NCBI GenBank assembly: GCA_030295235.1
Contig: AP026137.1
Location: 558,001-622,000, forward strand
Source of the DNA: Fistulifera solaris
Lineage: Eukaryota
Direction of reading: 5' to 3'
DNA length: 64,000 bases
Both the position numbers and the translations under genes were made by a program. Positions 10,592 to 22,110 of the stretch are shown here, piece after piece (within the stretch, counting starts at the first letter, position 1; the number at the start of each line of letters is the position of its first letter). Under the pieces are notes generated by a model that had not been told where the DNA came from, did no database searches, and worked only from the letters and a program-made list of their open reading frames with translations.

Positions 10592-13277
10592 AAATGCCAA
10601 CAATACATAAAACACGTATCCCAACTTTTTTGTTTCTATTACTGCACATTGCCCGATGCTTTCCTAATGCAAAGATAGGCTGGAGTCCTTATCATTCCCG
10701 CACTACAAGGTCTCAGCTTTCGTTGGCCATCACCGCCGAAGAATTGGCGTCTCATTCGAACTTCACACTTCGTTATTCGCACAACTTCCGTCGTCATATT
10801 GTAGAGAAGAATGGAATCGTCGTTCGAAGTTACTTCTGGCTTGATCAAGCGCTCGAGGAGTATCCAAGGGCCACACTGCTGCCCGTGCATCCGATTGCCA
10901 TGATCGCGGGGACCTCCTTTAATGATAAACAAGCGTATCCTTTTCAATCAATAGCTTTGAATGTCACAGAAAATCGGCTTCAAATCATCGATTTATTATG
11001 TGAACGTCTAAAGTGGGGTTCTACTCAGGCAAATTCACTTTTGGATCGATGGTCAGGCTTTGATCTTTACCCAGCGGACTTACTACGTGAAAGGGTTGAG
11101 TTTTTCATGGCCCCTCTTCCCGAGGAAGAGTTGCTGTTAAAAGTCAATTATACGGAAAACATAGACTGGCCGGTACAGCTATCGCGACATGGTCGTGGGT
11201 GTGGCTTTTCACTGGCACAAGTCTCACATGCGCTGCAAGTGCTTCCACAATTCATTTTACGACTGCCACAAGTCCCTTCCGCCGCCCAGGCGATTGATCC
11301 TTCTCTCATAAAACTAAACGAACAAACACCTTCGCTTTCGGTCGAAATGATCGGAGATCGAATGGAAGCATGGTTGGCGGGAGCATCCGTTGCGGAAACG
11401 TTAGCATTGGGATATTTACAGTGGAAGGGTTGGACCTGGATGGAATTCAAATTGTTGCTGCATGCGTTTCCTTCAATTCTGCAGCCGGCACTGGAACCAA
11501 ACTGGGATATTAAAGGTCGTGTACGGAGTCAGTTGCGTCCGGAGGTACTTCATTATTTACAGGCGAGGTTACAATTACGGCCCTGGCATTTACAAGCCAT
11601 GCTTCGCACTCATTCAGCTTTGTCTACATATAAAATAAGTCTGATTCAGAGAAACATGGATTTTCTTCAAGGATCTCTGCAGCTTAAATCGGACCAGCTA
11701 CGACAGATACTTCTGGAAATGCCCAGCCTTCTGGGTGTATCAACAACCTCTTTGCAGAAGCGTCTCGACTTTTGGAGGTTCGAGGTCGGTCTCACCACGT
11801 CTCGGTTGAAGGCTTGCTCGCTCGAAAAAGCTTCACTTCTGCATTGCAGCGTGGATGGCAATTTGAGGCCAAAGCTTTCTTTCTTTCGAAACGATTTAAA
11901 TATAAGCGCAGAGAGCCTGATTGAGTTGACCATGTCACGACCAGTAATATGGGCCTATTCATTGGAGAAAAATCTTTTCCAACTGCTCAATCCTTGGTGC
12001 ATTATTGTGGGAATATGACTCTAAATGACTATGGACTTTTAGTGACGAAAGTACCACAAGTGTTGCGTAGCAGCTGGAAGACAAACTTGTCTATCAAACT
12101 CAAGTTCTTGAGAGAAACGCTTGCCCTGTCTGACCTTGAGCTTTGTGACTTAATCAAAGCTGTGCCCTGGGTGTTGATACAAAGCATGAACATTTTGGAG
12201 TTGAAAATGTCTATCTTTCGAGAGGAACTTGGGTCTGATGGGCTTTTGGCAGTAAAAAGAAACCCCTCACTTTTGCTTAGTTCTCCTGACGCCTTGCATA
12301 AACGGGTCCGTCGATGCCTGGAACACGCAACAAATGATGTGACGGTCTTTCATCTTTTAACGGGCTCAGATGAAGAGAAAGCATCGGTTCGTCGTAGACG
12401 TGTGTATTTGTTTAGAGGCGATTCTTCACAAATTGAAGCCGAATTTGCAGGGGTTCCAGACGCCGCCAAGTATGCAGGAATGAGCGAGTCTAGGATGTAT
12501 CGAGCTCTTCAGCTAGGTCTTCCTGTCCAGGGACGCCGCTTCGCTTATGCTAAACCAACTGAACAAAGTAGCAAAGCAAACGGCTCGCAGGTTGTTATGG
12601 AGCGCGAATTTGCGTCACTTTCTCTTCTCGCACGAGATGGTCCCCCGCTGGACCGTTTGTGTGTCAATGTGGCTGGCTACGCTTATCCACCCGGGTCGCG
12701 TATACGGGGTAGAAAACGATCCGGTGGAGTGGCTCTTCACGTCGCCGCATGGTCCATTAAAGATTGGCGCAAGTATTTTCATGTGTGGAAAGGACGGAAG
12801 TATAAACTTTTAGAAGATGAAAAGACGATGATATTGGGCTATCACTACATTCGGCCCAGCCGACCACGCTGTAGCCTGTTCGCGTGTCACGAGGCGCTAC
12901 GCATAGCTCGTCTTTGGCTTGCGGAGACGCGTTTAAAGTCAGCTGAAATTGAGATTCGGTCAGACTCTAGCTACGCCGTAGATCTATTGCAAAACACGAC
13001 ACGACTTCTTAAATGGGGCAAAATGGAAAGATTGGAAAAGTGCGACTTTTCGGATCTAGGCAATCCTAAAACTGTCTACGCGGCCAATCCTGATATCCTC
13101 TACATTGTCGCGCGATCTTATTATTTGCTGATCCGTCAAGAGAATATAGCAGACAACGAACGCGTGCAGGTTAAAGCGCATTTTAGTTTCTCACCTGCAA
13201 GCAGTAAACCTGGTGAAAACGCTAGGAGGGGCGCAAAAATAGCTGCTCAGTTAATATACGATGCAAGCAGGCCATGA
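10592..13277 (+). CDS. mTERF-repeat protein with C-terminal HTH-like and RNase H-like domains, 1 frameshift at ~11970
   Basis: mTERF-type repeats (PSLLGVS, NLRPKLSFF, PVIWAYSLE, PQVLRSSW, PSLLLSS) and C-terminal IEIRSDSSYAV. Hydrophobic leader followed by ARC-F. Confidence 0.75.
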
Positions 13278-13388
13278 TGGTACTTCACTTTGATTAAGCA
13301 CGATGTACACACTGAATCAAACAAAATCAAATAAGACTTTTGCTTACAAGTACAGAGACTGATGATATTATTTGCAATAGGTTTGATT

Positions 13389-14985
13389 CTAGAAAAGCGC
13401 AAAAATAGCAAAGGCGATTCCGGCGCCAACCATCGCCAACATGGGGCGGGCAGAGGAAACATAGTCTACACCAGCACTAGGATCCCAATAGATAATAGAC
13501 GCGCGATGAGCGGCATCTCCACCGACAAAAGAGTAGGCGATCGATTCCACCTGCTTGCCTTCCTGAGCACGTCGCTCAGCGCGTTCGACCAACGGTGAGG
13601 TCGCAACGACCTTGATTGTCTGTGAAGTCGTATTGACTGATCGCGAAGACATGATTTCTGTCTCATTCGTGGCTGTCGTTGTCGCATTTCTGGAGACATC
13701 AGCGGTCTGGTTGGTGCTGGTCCCTTTGGTTGTAGCTTCAGCGGTCTCCGCCCAAGAGTATTCACCAAAGGGTGTAAAGCTGGAAGTGTCGGCAACATCG
13801 TCAAAGGCAATAAAGACATCCTCGGCTTCCATTCTGGCGGCTTCCGATTCCATTCCTTTTCGGTACTTAACATCCACTTTACGCTCAGTTTCAACTGTAG
13901 AGAGTAAGGCGACGAAACTATCATCACTGGTCCAAGGAAAGTTTTTCAACTCAAAATCAATCTTCATCTTATTGGCACTGGCGCTTTCTCCCTTAGGGGC
14001 TTGATTGATGGTGAAGGTGAAAGTAATGTTTCCATCGGGGCTCGTGAGGCTAAACGAAGACGTTTCATTGTCGGAGGCGATATCGGAAATCACATTCCAG
14101 GTGTTGAGACTGATAGTCTGTAACACCACATCATTTTCCCAGTCATACGCCTCTCCTGTCGTTGAGTTTTTGCCCTTGGTGTATTCAATAATGCTGTCGT
14201 AGATGACTTCAAATTGAGTCTTGGTTTCTTGTTCCGCTTGCAACGCTCGTTGTCTCTCGGCGCCTTCTTCCGGCAAATCATCCGCTACTTCCGATGGGGA
14301 GGAGTCTCCGGGAGCTGGGCCCCTTCTTCCTCGGCTGGTGGCTCGGGAGTCTCTTCATCGGCGGGTGGTTCAGGAGTTTCTTCATCGGCTGGCGGCTCGG
14401 GAGTCTCTTCGCCGGTCGGAGGTTCGTCACCTTCTTCTTCCGGAGAGGGTTCTTCTCCTTCCTCATGTTCATGATCATGCTCTTCTCCCTCCTCGTGTTC
14501 ATGTTCTTTTCTTCATCTTCGACCTTGATTTTTTGTTCATACTTAATCTTCACCATCACACCCTTTTCCGAAGTTCCTACTACGTAATCAATTTCATCCT
14601 TCACTTTCGCGTTGGCGTCGTCGCTCTTGGCCTTGCACTTGAACGACACTTCGTTCGTTTCGCCTTCTTGTCCTACAAACGAGTGAGCGAGCGTTAGGTC
14701 CATCGGATATCAATTATTGTAGATGCATGAAGCGATGCACTCAGCCAGATTTCACTTACTTAGTTTGCAATCGCGTTTCTTCGGGGCAATCGGGGACTCT
14801 TTCTTGCCTCCTTTACTTTCCGGTTCATCCCCGGAAGGTTCTTCGGGGGTCTCCGCCGTTTCTTGCAAAAGTCGGTAATTCAACGGGGCGGTAACACCGC
14901 GAACGAGAGATCGGCTACGGACGGCGGCTTGAGCCGACGGAAGTACGCACAAAGATGCAATCAAATAGGCGGAAGCAATCTTCAT
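13389..14985 (-). CDS. Secreted acidic protein, paralog 1 (RXL motifs, C-terminal hydrophobic anchor), 2 exons, 2 frameshifts
   Basis: Signal peptide. Intron at 14673-14759. Adding one A (~14507) and one C (~14297) gives a single frame colinear with paralog 2. Confidence 0.85.
14326..14413 (-). repeat. Intragenic 27-bp tandem repeat x3 encoding EETPEPPA(D/E)
   Basis: Three near-identical ggcNggNggYtcRggagtYtcttc units. Confidence 0.85.
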
Positions 14986-15564
14986 GGTTGGACTGAATTA
15001 TTCAAGGAGTAATAACAACGGTCGTTTTGTGAAGAAACAAGAATGTGTGAGAATGAAAGGTGCCGAAGACAACCACGAGATGCACGATCCACCGGTAGAC
15101 GTGGCGGGCGTGCAATGGTCCGTTGAATGGCCACGTCCGATAACAATCGAAGACCGGTATTCAGCTTTTCATAGTAACAAAAACTCCCTCCACCGCAAAA
15201 GGGAAAGGTGCGCGTCGAAACAGCAGTCGGAGTATCTTTCTCCACTATAAGTGAGTATAGTGAAATTTCAAAAAATGCTGTCAGCGACAACCGTGGTGTG
15301 GAAAACGAAATCCGAAGACCGAGGAAAAATTAATGGAAGAAACGTCATCGATCTTTCGAATGAAGTCACTGTTGTTCTTGCCGTCAATTGCAACAATGCG
15401 TGTATGTGGGATGAGATCAAAGTTAAGCAACACCTTACAGTCGCTGTGATGTGACGAGGTAACGCTAATGAGGCAAGGGCTACCCAAAGCTTTAAAAAAG
15501 ATCTACGGAGTATCTGTTAGAGTCTACTGGAGTCTATCGAGACAACAACTCTCGTTGATTCATT

Positions 15565-17244
15565 TTAGAATGCCGCGAGGAGAGCCAAAACCAGTCCTGC
15601 ACCTGCCATTGCCATAGACAAAGAACGAGCGGACGATTGATAGTCCACGCCCGCACTCGGATCCCAGTAAATGCGAGAAGCACGATGGGCCGCATTTCCA
15701 CCGACGAACGAATAGGCAATCGATTCCACCTGCTTGCCTTCCTGAACACGGCGATCGGCGCGCTCCACCAAAGGCGAGGTCGCCACAACCTTAATAGTCT
15801 GGGGAGTCGAAGCAGTGGAAGTAAGATTGGCCGAGCGCGACGACATGATTTCTGTCTCATTGGTCGATGACTCGATGGTTGTGTTGTTGGTAGAGTCATC
15901 CGTGTTTGTGGGATTGTTGCTGGCAGTCGCTTCTGCCGTCTCAGCCCAGGAATATTCTCCAAACGGTGTGAAACTGGACGTATCGACAACATCGGCAAAC
16001 GAAATGAAAATGTCCTTGGGTGCCATTCCTCCTTCGGTTTCAGCATCTTGCCCGTATTCGACATCGACCGTGCGCTCGGTTTCGACGGTGGAAAGCAATG
16101 CAACAAAACTCTCGTCGCTGGTCCAAGGAAAGTTCTTTAGCTCGAAATCAATTTTCATTTTGTTGGCAGTGATGCGCTGGCCATCAGCAGCTTGATTGAT
16201 CGTAAAAGTAAATGTCGTGGTATCGTCCGGGCTGGTAACACTAAACGTGGACGTTTGGCCATCCGTGGCAACCTCGGACATGACATTCCAAGTGTTGAGA
16301 GAAATGGTTTGAAGGACAACATCATTCTCCCAGTCATATGCTTCGCCCGTGGTAGACCCGGCTCCTTTCGTGTACTCGATGATGCTGTCGTAAACAACTT
16401 CAAATTCCGTCTCCGTTTCCTGCTCCGCTTGCAAAAGGCGCTCACCCTCGACACTCTCTTCATCGTTTGCTTCCTCCGATGGTGGGGGAGTTTCTGGGCC
16501 TTCCGCCATTTCTTCATCCGCAGTGGACTCATCAACATTCTCTTCGTCAGCCGGAGATTCGTTCATTTCCTCATCTTCGGGTTCAGCATCTGTATCTTCT
16601 TCTGCTTCATCTTCCTCGTCACCTTCCGCTTCCTCGTCGGCCCCTTCGACCTCAATTTCTTGTTCGTACTTGATTCGGACCATCAAGCCTCTATCAGACG
16701 TTTCAACTGTATAGTCGATTTCGTCTTTGACTTTGGCGTTGGCGTCATCGGACGTGGCTTTGCATTCAAAAGTCACCCCGCGCGCTTCGTTTCCTGTTAT
16801 GGCAGTCGATTAAGGTAGGCGGTCGCAAGCAACATGAAGTCGGTATATTGACACAAAGTGTAAGCACTTACTGGTTCGGCAGTCGCGTCTCTTTGGAGCA
16901 ATAGGAGACTCGTCGTCCTCTTCTTCTTCGTCGTCCTCGTCTGTTTCATCGTCTTCATCTTCCTCCTCTTCCATCTCAGGTTCCTCTTCCTCAGTTTCGA
17001 CGTCTTCCGCCGTGTCGGTTTCTTCCATCTCAGATCCTTCCGTTTCCGTTTCTTCCGTCTCCGCCGCTTCCACGCTGGGTTCTTCCGTTCCGGTTTCTTC
17101 CCCATCCGTAGTTTCCTCCAAGAGGCGATGATCGACACGGCCGGGAACGCCCCGCATTAGGGAACGACTGCGCACGCCGGCATGCGCCGACGGTAGAACA
17201 CAGAGAGAAGCAATAAAGAGACTGTAGGCTGAAGCAATCTTCAT
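15565..17244 (-). CDS. Secreted acidic protein, paralog 2 (RXL motifs, C-terminal hydrophobic anchor), 2 exons
   Basis: MKIASAY signal peptide. Intron at 16794-16871 in the same position as in paralog 1. Shared blocks YDWENDVVLQTISLNTWNV, KMKIDFELKNFPWTSD and IYWDPSAGVDY. Confidence 0.88.
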
Positions 17245-17837
17245 ATTGATTGATCGATTTTAGAGCGTTGTTCAATGAACTGAAATGAATTCTGTTTTGT
17301 GAGATGAAAAAATAAGTAAAAATGAAAATGGGTTGGATCGTGGATCTTTGGATCCCTTTTCAAACGATCGATGGAGGCTGACGTGCCAACACGTCCGTTG
17401 TAGTTTGAAAAGTAGTCGTGCAACTACTGGTTTTCTTCATCATCTCTCCAATACCACGTTTTGCTGTACGACAAAAACAGTGCAGACATTCGCTCAGGAC
17501 ATCGTCATTGGTCGTGTCAAAAACGCTTCGACACGTCCTCATCCACACAACACAACACTCGTCAAAGAAGTAGTGACGTGAAGTGAAGGAATATTTGTTT
17601 GTTTTAAGGTTGAGGTTATCATTTTTATATACCGTTAACCCTTGCCGGAAACTGTGATCCACGTAGCGATCGACCATGGACGCAAAGCAAAAAACCATTA
17701 TAATATTATTATGATAGCCTCCATCCATCATCACTACCAGGTACATCATTGGAAGCGAAGCTTTTTCAAATCGTAATACCGCGCCAAGCGATAAAAGAAC
17801 AGCATTTGAAATTTAGAAGGCGACACTGCAGTCTATC

Positions 17838-19533
17838 ATGGGAGCCGATTATCAAGAAGATGAACCGGAGTTTCTCCCTTTGGAGATCGATAGGACACTG
17901 CTCAATCCTTCACAGCGATCACGGTATAATACAGAGGATTCTCACACATCCGAATGGATACGAGCGTATTGGCTGGGTTTTGGTATGTTTTTGATTCTTG
18001 CCGCCTTTTGGTTACTCGACACATTGTAAGTCAGACGATGGTGAGCGGATGTATCATACACATCTTTCCGTCCTCTCACCCATTTTACAGAAAAGAGCCG
18101 ACGTTCGGGTCATTGGTAGCGGGAAACTTAGATCATCATCTTCCGATTGCCAAATTGGTGAGCGTTGCTGCCACGCTAGTTCTAGTTTGCTGTGTCGAGT
18201 ATCTGTCAAATCGACATGAACACGAAATGCGGCACAATCAGGCGCGAGAGACGTGGTCCACAATGAACGTGGCCACGGCCTCCGCAAACACCGATCGCTT
18301 GTCGTACCACAGTGAGATCACGGACGATCCACTCTCTTCACGGATATTCCTTTACGTATGCATACCCTATTGCATCATATTCGCCATTATGGCGTCCTTG
18401 TTGCAATTCAATCCGTTGGTGGCCTTGACCGATCCATCGAAAGATCTGAATTCGACCACGACGTATTGGAATGTGGTGGGTTATTGCTGGTTTGCTGCTG
18501 TAGAATCTTTCGGATCCATTGCCGTCGCCACGTTCTGGTCTTTTGCAACTCGAATTTGTCCTTGCACGATGCGGAACGATTTTACGGTATTATCATTGCC
18601 TTGGCGCAGCTGGGAGCCATCTTGGGCAGTACCATGGTGACGACTCGGATTTGGACGAGTATTACTCTGATTGTGCTCGCGTGTCTCATCATTGTCTTGC
18701 ACGTGATCGTGATGCGTGTGTACAGTCGACGCTATCCGAGTACCAGCGATGTGCCGCAAGAATCGACCGAAGACGACAACGATACCGACGAAGACAGCTT
18801 TTGGACGGGTATCTACCACATTGTCGGCAACAATTACGTTATTTTGATTATGGGTGCATCCTGTCTCTACGAAGTCTCCCTCACTTGTCTGGATTACCAA
18901 CTGAAGCTTCTGGGTTACAGTCGTTTCGAAGAGAGTGATCACAAAATGTCGTTCAAGCAATTCATGGGACACTACGGTCAATTGGTGAACATCTCAAGTC
19001 TATTTATTTCGTCCATCATCTTCCCTCGGTTCATACAGCGATTCGGATTACGGATAACGATCCGTTTGTTTCCGACCCTACTCTTGGTGATTAATGTCTT
19101 GACCTTTGGTGCGATACCAGGAAACCTGACCGTGCTCTTCTTGTCTATGTCACTTTTGAAAGCGATGACCTACAGTATGCACGATCCCGCCAAGGAAATT
19201 TTGTACATTCCTACTTCCAATTCGATCAAGTTAAAGTCAAAGTTTTGGATCGATGTGGTGGGAGCACGAGTCGCCAAAGCCATTGGTAGCACCATCAATA
19301 AAATGTCGGGAAGCGTGGATCGTAGTATCCGCGTGGCCAGTGCACCGAGTCTTCTCACGGCTGCTTTATTGTGGTGGGTCTGCTATCGCGTCGGAGAGCA
19401 ATTCGACGAACTTGTCGCGAGCGGCACTGTCGTTGGAGCGAAACGGCAGGAGCACATTTCACCGGATCGACGTCAGTTTCGTCCTGTTGACACGTACGAG
19501 GATGAAAAGGACGACGGCGCTCAATCGAGCTAG
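17838..19533 (+). CDS. Nucleotide transporter (NTT / TLC)-like MFS membrane protein, 2 exons, 1 frameshift
   Basis: Many hydrophobic helices. Motifs FWLLDTLKEP, VATFWSF and KAMTYSMHDPAKEILYIP...KSKFWIDVVGARVAK. Intron at 18025-18090 and indel at ~18545. Confidence 0.8.
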
Positions 19534-19647
19534 AGAATAGAGCTTCAGAGATTCGAAAAACTTTCAACGCAATGTATTAAATAAAGTCTGCTATGGAGGT
19601 TAATGGACATGTCCAAACCGATGGAATGCACCTTGACTTTGGTGAAC

Positions 19648-20712
19648 TTAAAAGCAATTCTTGGACGGGTCACAGCAAGGGCAAAAATTCGCCTGGCAGT
19701 CGACACCAAAGTTTGTGAAAGGACCGTTGCACACTCCCTCTTCATCGCAAATGGGACAGAATTCTTCAGGCCACGCTCCTGTAAGCTGATTGCCTTGAAG
19801 GTACAATGTATCTATGTCATGCAGATCGTGAGTATTAGGCGCAGTAAGATCATGCTATGACTCAGACCAGCAGTACTTACAAAGATTGCCAGTGGCTAAA
19901 AAGTCCTGAGCAATGGGACCTGTCAACTGATTCTCTTGCAGGTATAGAATAGAAAGATTCGGCAACGAGGCAAATAGATCGGCGCGAATTGGCCCACTTA
20001 GCTCGTTCTTGTCGAGCCAGAGAATCTTGAGATCTTGGAGGAGCGTGAGAGCCGGCGATAACGTCCCCGTCAAGTTGTTATCCGAGAGATCGAGCTCCTG
20101 TACCTTGGCATCAACACTGACGGAGCATCCGACGCCTTCCCATTCACAAACATCTTCACTACTCATCCAATTTGTCGAACGCAACCAATCGGATCCACCG
20201 TTGGCGTAATATAGAGAGGCTAATGCGTACCGGACAAGTACCGCGTGCTCTGATGTAACAACTGAATCTTCGACAATCCACTTGGCCGCCAACGCAAAGG
20301 CATCGGCATCATTCACTTCATCGACCGACTCCGGTAGAGCCATTTCGGTAGTGAGGGTCGTGTTCTCGAGCGATTCTCGAATGAAATCGTATTTGTCCTT
20401 ACTCGAAGCAAAGACAGAGTTGCTTTCTTCATTATCCTTGTCGACAAGGATCAGAAATGCCACGACCGCCGCCACCAATATCATTACCGTCAGAGCAACC
20501 ACCACGATGACTTCTTTGCGGGACACTTCTTTACCCCATTTCTTTGCTCCTGAAGTGTTAATAGGCTTTTCTTTCGGTTCATTCGCATTCCTCGTCGCAG
20601 GCTTGCTGGGAGGAGGACTCGGCAAAGACTGTGGACTAAGGGTGAATACAAGATCGCGGTCCGGACGATAGTTTGTAATCGGGTTGCTGTCTCGCTTAGA
20701 CTCTGGTGCCAT
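19648..20712 (-). CDS. Type II membrane leucine-rich repeat protein (diatom LRR family), 2 exons
   Basis: TM helix, YALASLYYANGG..W..CEWEGVGC cap and LxLxxNxLTG repeats. The intron at 19812-19880 adds a Cys-rich cap ending DCQANFCPCCDPSKNCF*. Confidence 0.88.
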
Positions 20713-21549
20713 GATGGATGATTGAGACGGTTACAAAGACGACGACGAACGACGATGATGATTCTTCCCGCGACTGTTTTTTGTGAATGTCTTTCCGAAC
20801 GAGCTCGGTCTTTCAATGTCTCGCGAAGGGCATAAAAGCCGTTCTGCTCTGAATAATAATTGTTATGAAGTGTACTTCAAGCTAATCATAGAACTGAAAT
20901 GAGAAGGGCTTTCTATTCGTTCTTGCAGTTCGAAACACAGTTGATGTTACCAAACGCAACGCTTATTGCGGGTATAAGTAGGGATGGGGATGCGTCTACG
21001 AACAGATTGCAAGAAATGCCACTCTGACGTACTTAGAGAAACAACTTTATCATCAACAACTTTTACAATGGGCTTTTGAAAGAGAATTGTCCTCTCGATT
21101 CTTTGTGTCGACGGTTCTAGGAGACACGTCGGCGAAAAGTTAATGCGTTCAATACCAAGAATTAGGAAGACCGAAGAACTTTCCATTAAGCTACAAAACA
21201 GCGGTAGAATCATATCGGAATGCTATTTAATCGTCATGGAGTAGCTTTTACTTAAGAGACTTTCAAAGAGATGTGTAGAGACGCGTTTCAACTTTATCAA
21301 CAGCTATAAGCTATCCATAAACCAAACGGGACTGAAATCGCGTTGAGTCGTCTTCAGACAAAGCCAATAGAACTTTCTATAGTATAGTCAAAAAAGTGGC
21401 CGTTTTCGTTTTGCACGCATAGTGCAAAAATTTGCTAAACAGAATTTAAATTATGATTAGAATTTATTAACTAATGAATAAATTGTTTAGAAACGAGTAC
21501 ATACTGCTCGAGACGAAGTTTACGTAATGCTTGTCTTCCGTTTGTAGAA

Positions 21550-21981
21550 TCAGAGACCGTAAAGATGCATCGTGACGCTGAGAACGGCCACGAGCGCCAG
21601 AACAAGCATCGATAGTCCAACCATTTCACCGGAGCTGGCATCATCGTCGTCAATACAAACCAAATCGCAGCCTTTCATCTCTTGCGCAAGACATTCAAAG
21701 TACTCCATGGTTTCTCTGGTGCACGTGCGTTGGCAGCAATAATGAACGACGCAGAACATTCCGTTCAACACACCGCACACCAGATCTTCCGTGTCGAGTT
21801 CCGCAACGGAGACAGCTCCTTCGGTGGGGCAACCTTCTTCGCACAATGCCAAATGATTTTCGACGCACGCGTGATATTTGTCGGCTTCGTCGGTACATGC
21901 AGGACGTTGTTCCGCGCTGAGAATCATCGCGGTTTGCGAGGCGATCACGAGCGCGGCGAGTAAGACTTTGAAGAGATGCAT
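21550..21981 (-). CDS. Small secreted Cys-rich protein with C-terminal hydrophobic anchor
   Basis: Signal peptide, 12 Cys, acidic linker and hydrophobic C-terminus. Confidence 0.75.
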   Translation of the reverse strand: MHLFKVLLAALVIASQTAMILSAEQRPACTDEADKYHACVENHLALCEEGCPTEGAVSVAELDTEDLVCGVLNGMFCVVHYCCQRTCTRETMEYFECLAQEMKGCDLVCIDDDDASSGEMVGLSMLVLALVAVLSVTMHLYGL

Positions 21982-22110
21982 GTCGAGGAGTTAACGGAGT
22001 GAATTGTGTTATAAATTTGTGGCCGCTTGCAAAATAATGAGAAAACCGGAAGCGTCATCGCTCGACATTATTCTCTCAAGAAACCGGTTTTACAGTCGTG
22101 CCGTTTCCGC

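Noticed and set aside
12650..13277. Retrotransposon-derived RNase H as part of a mobile element
   Set aside because: No RT, integrase or LTRs nearby, and the domain is in frame with host mTERF repeats.
21300..21390. Possible extra degenerate copy of the dispersed repeat core (gactgaaat...ctatagt)
   Set aside because: Similarity is too short to distinguish from chance by eye.
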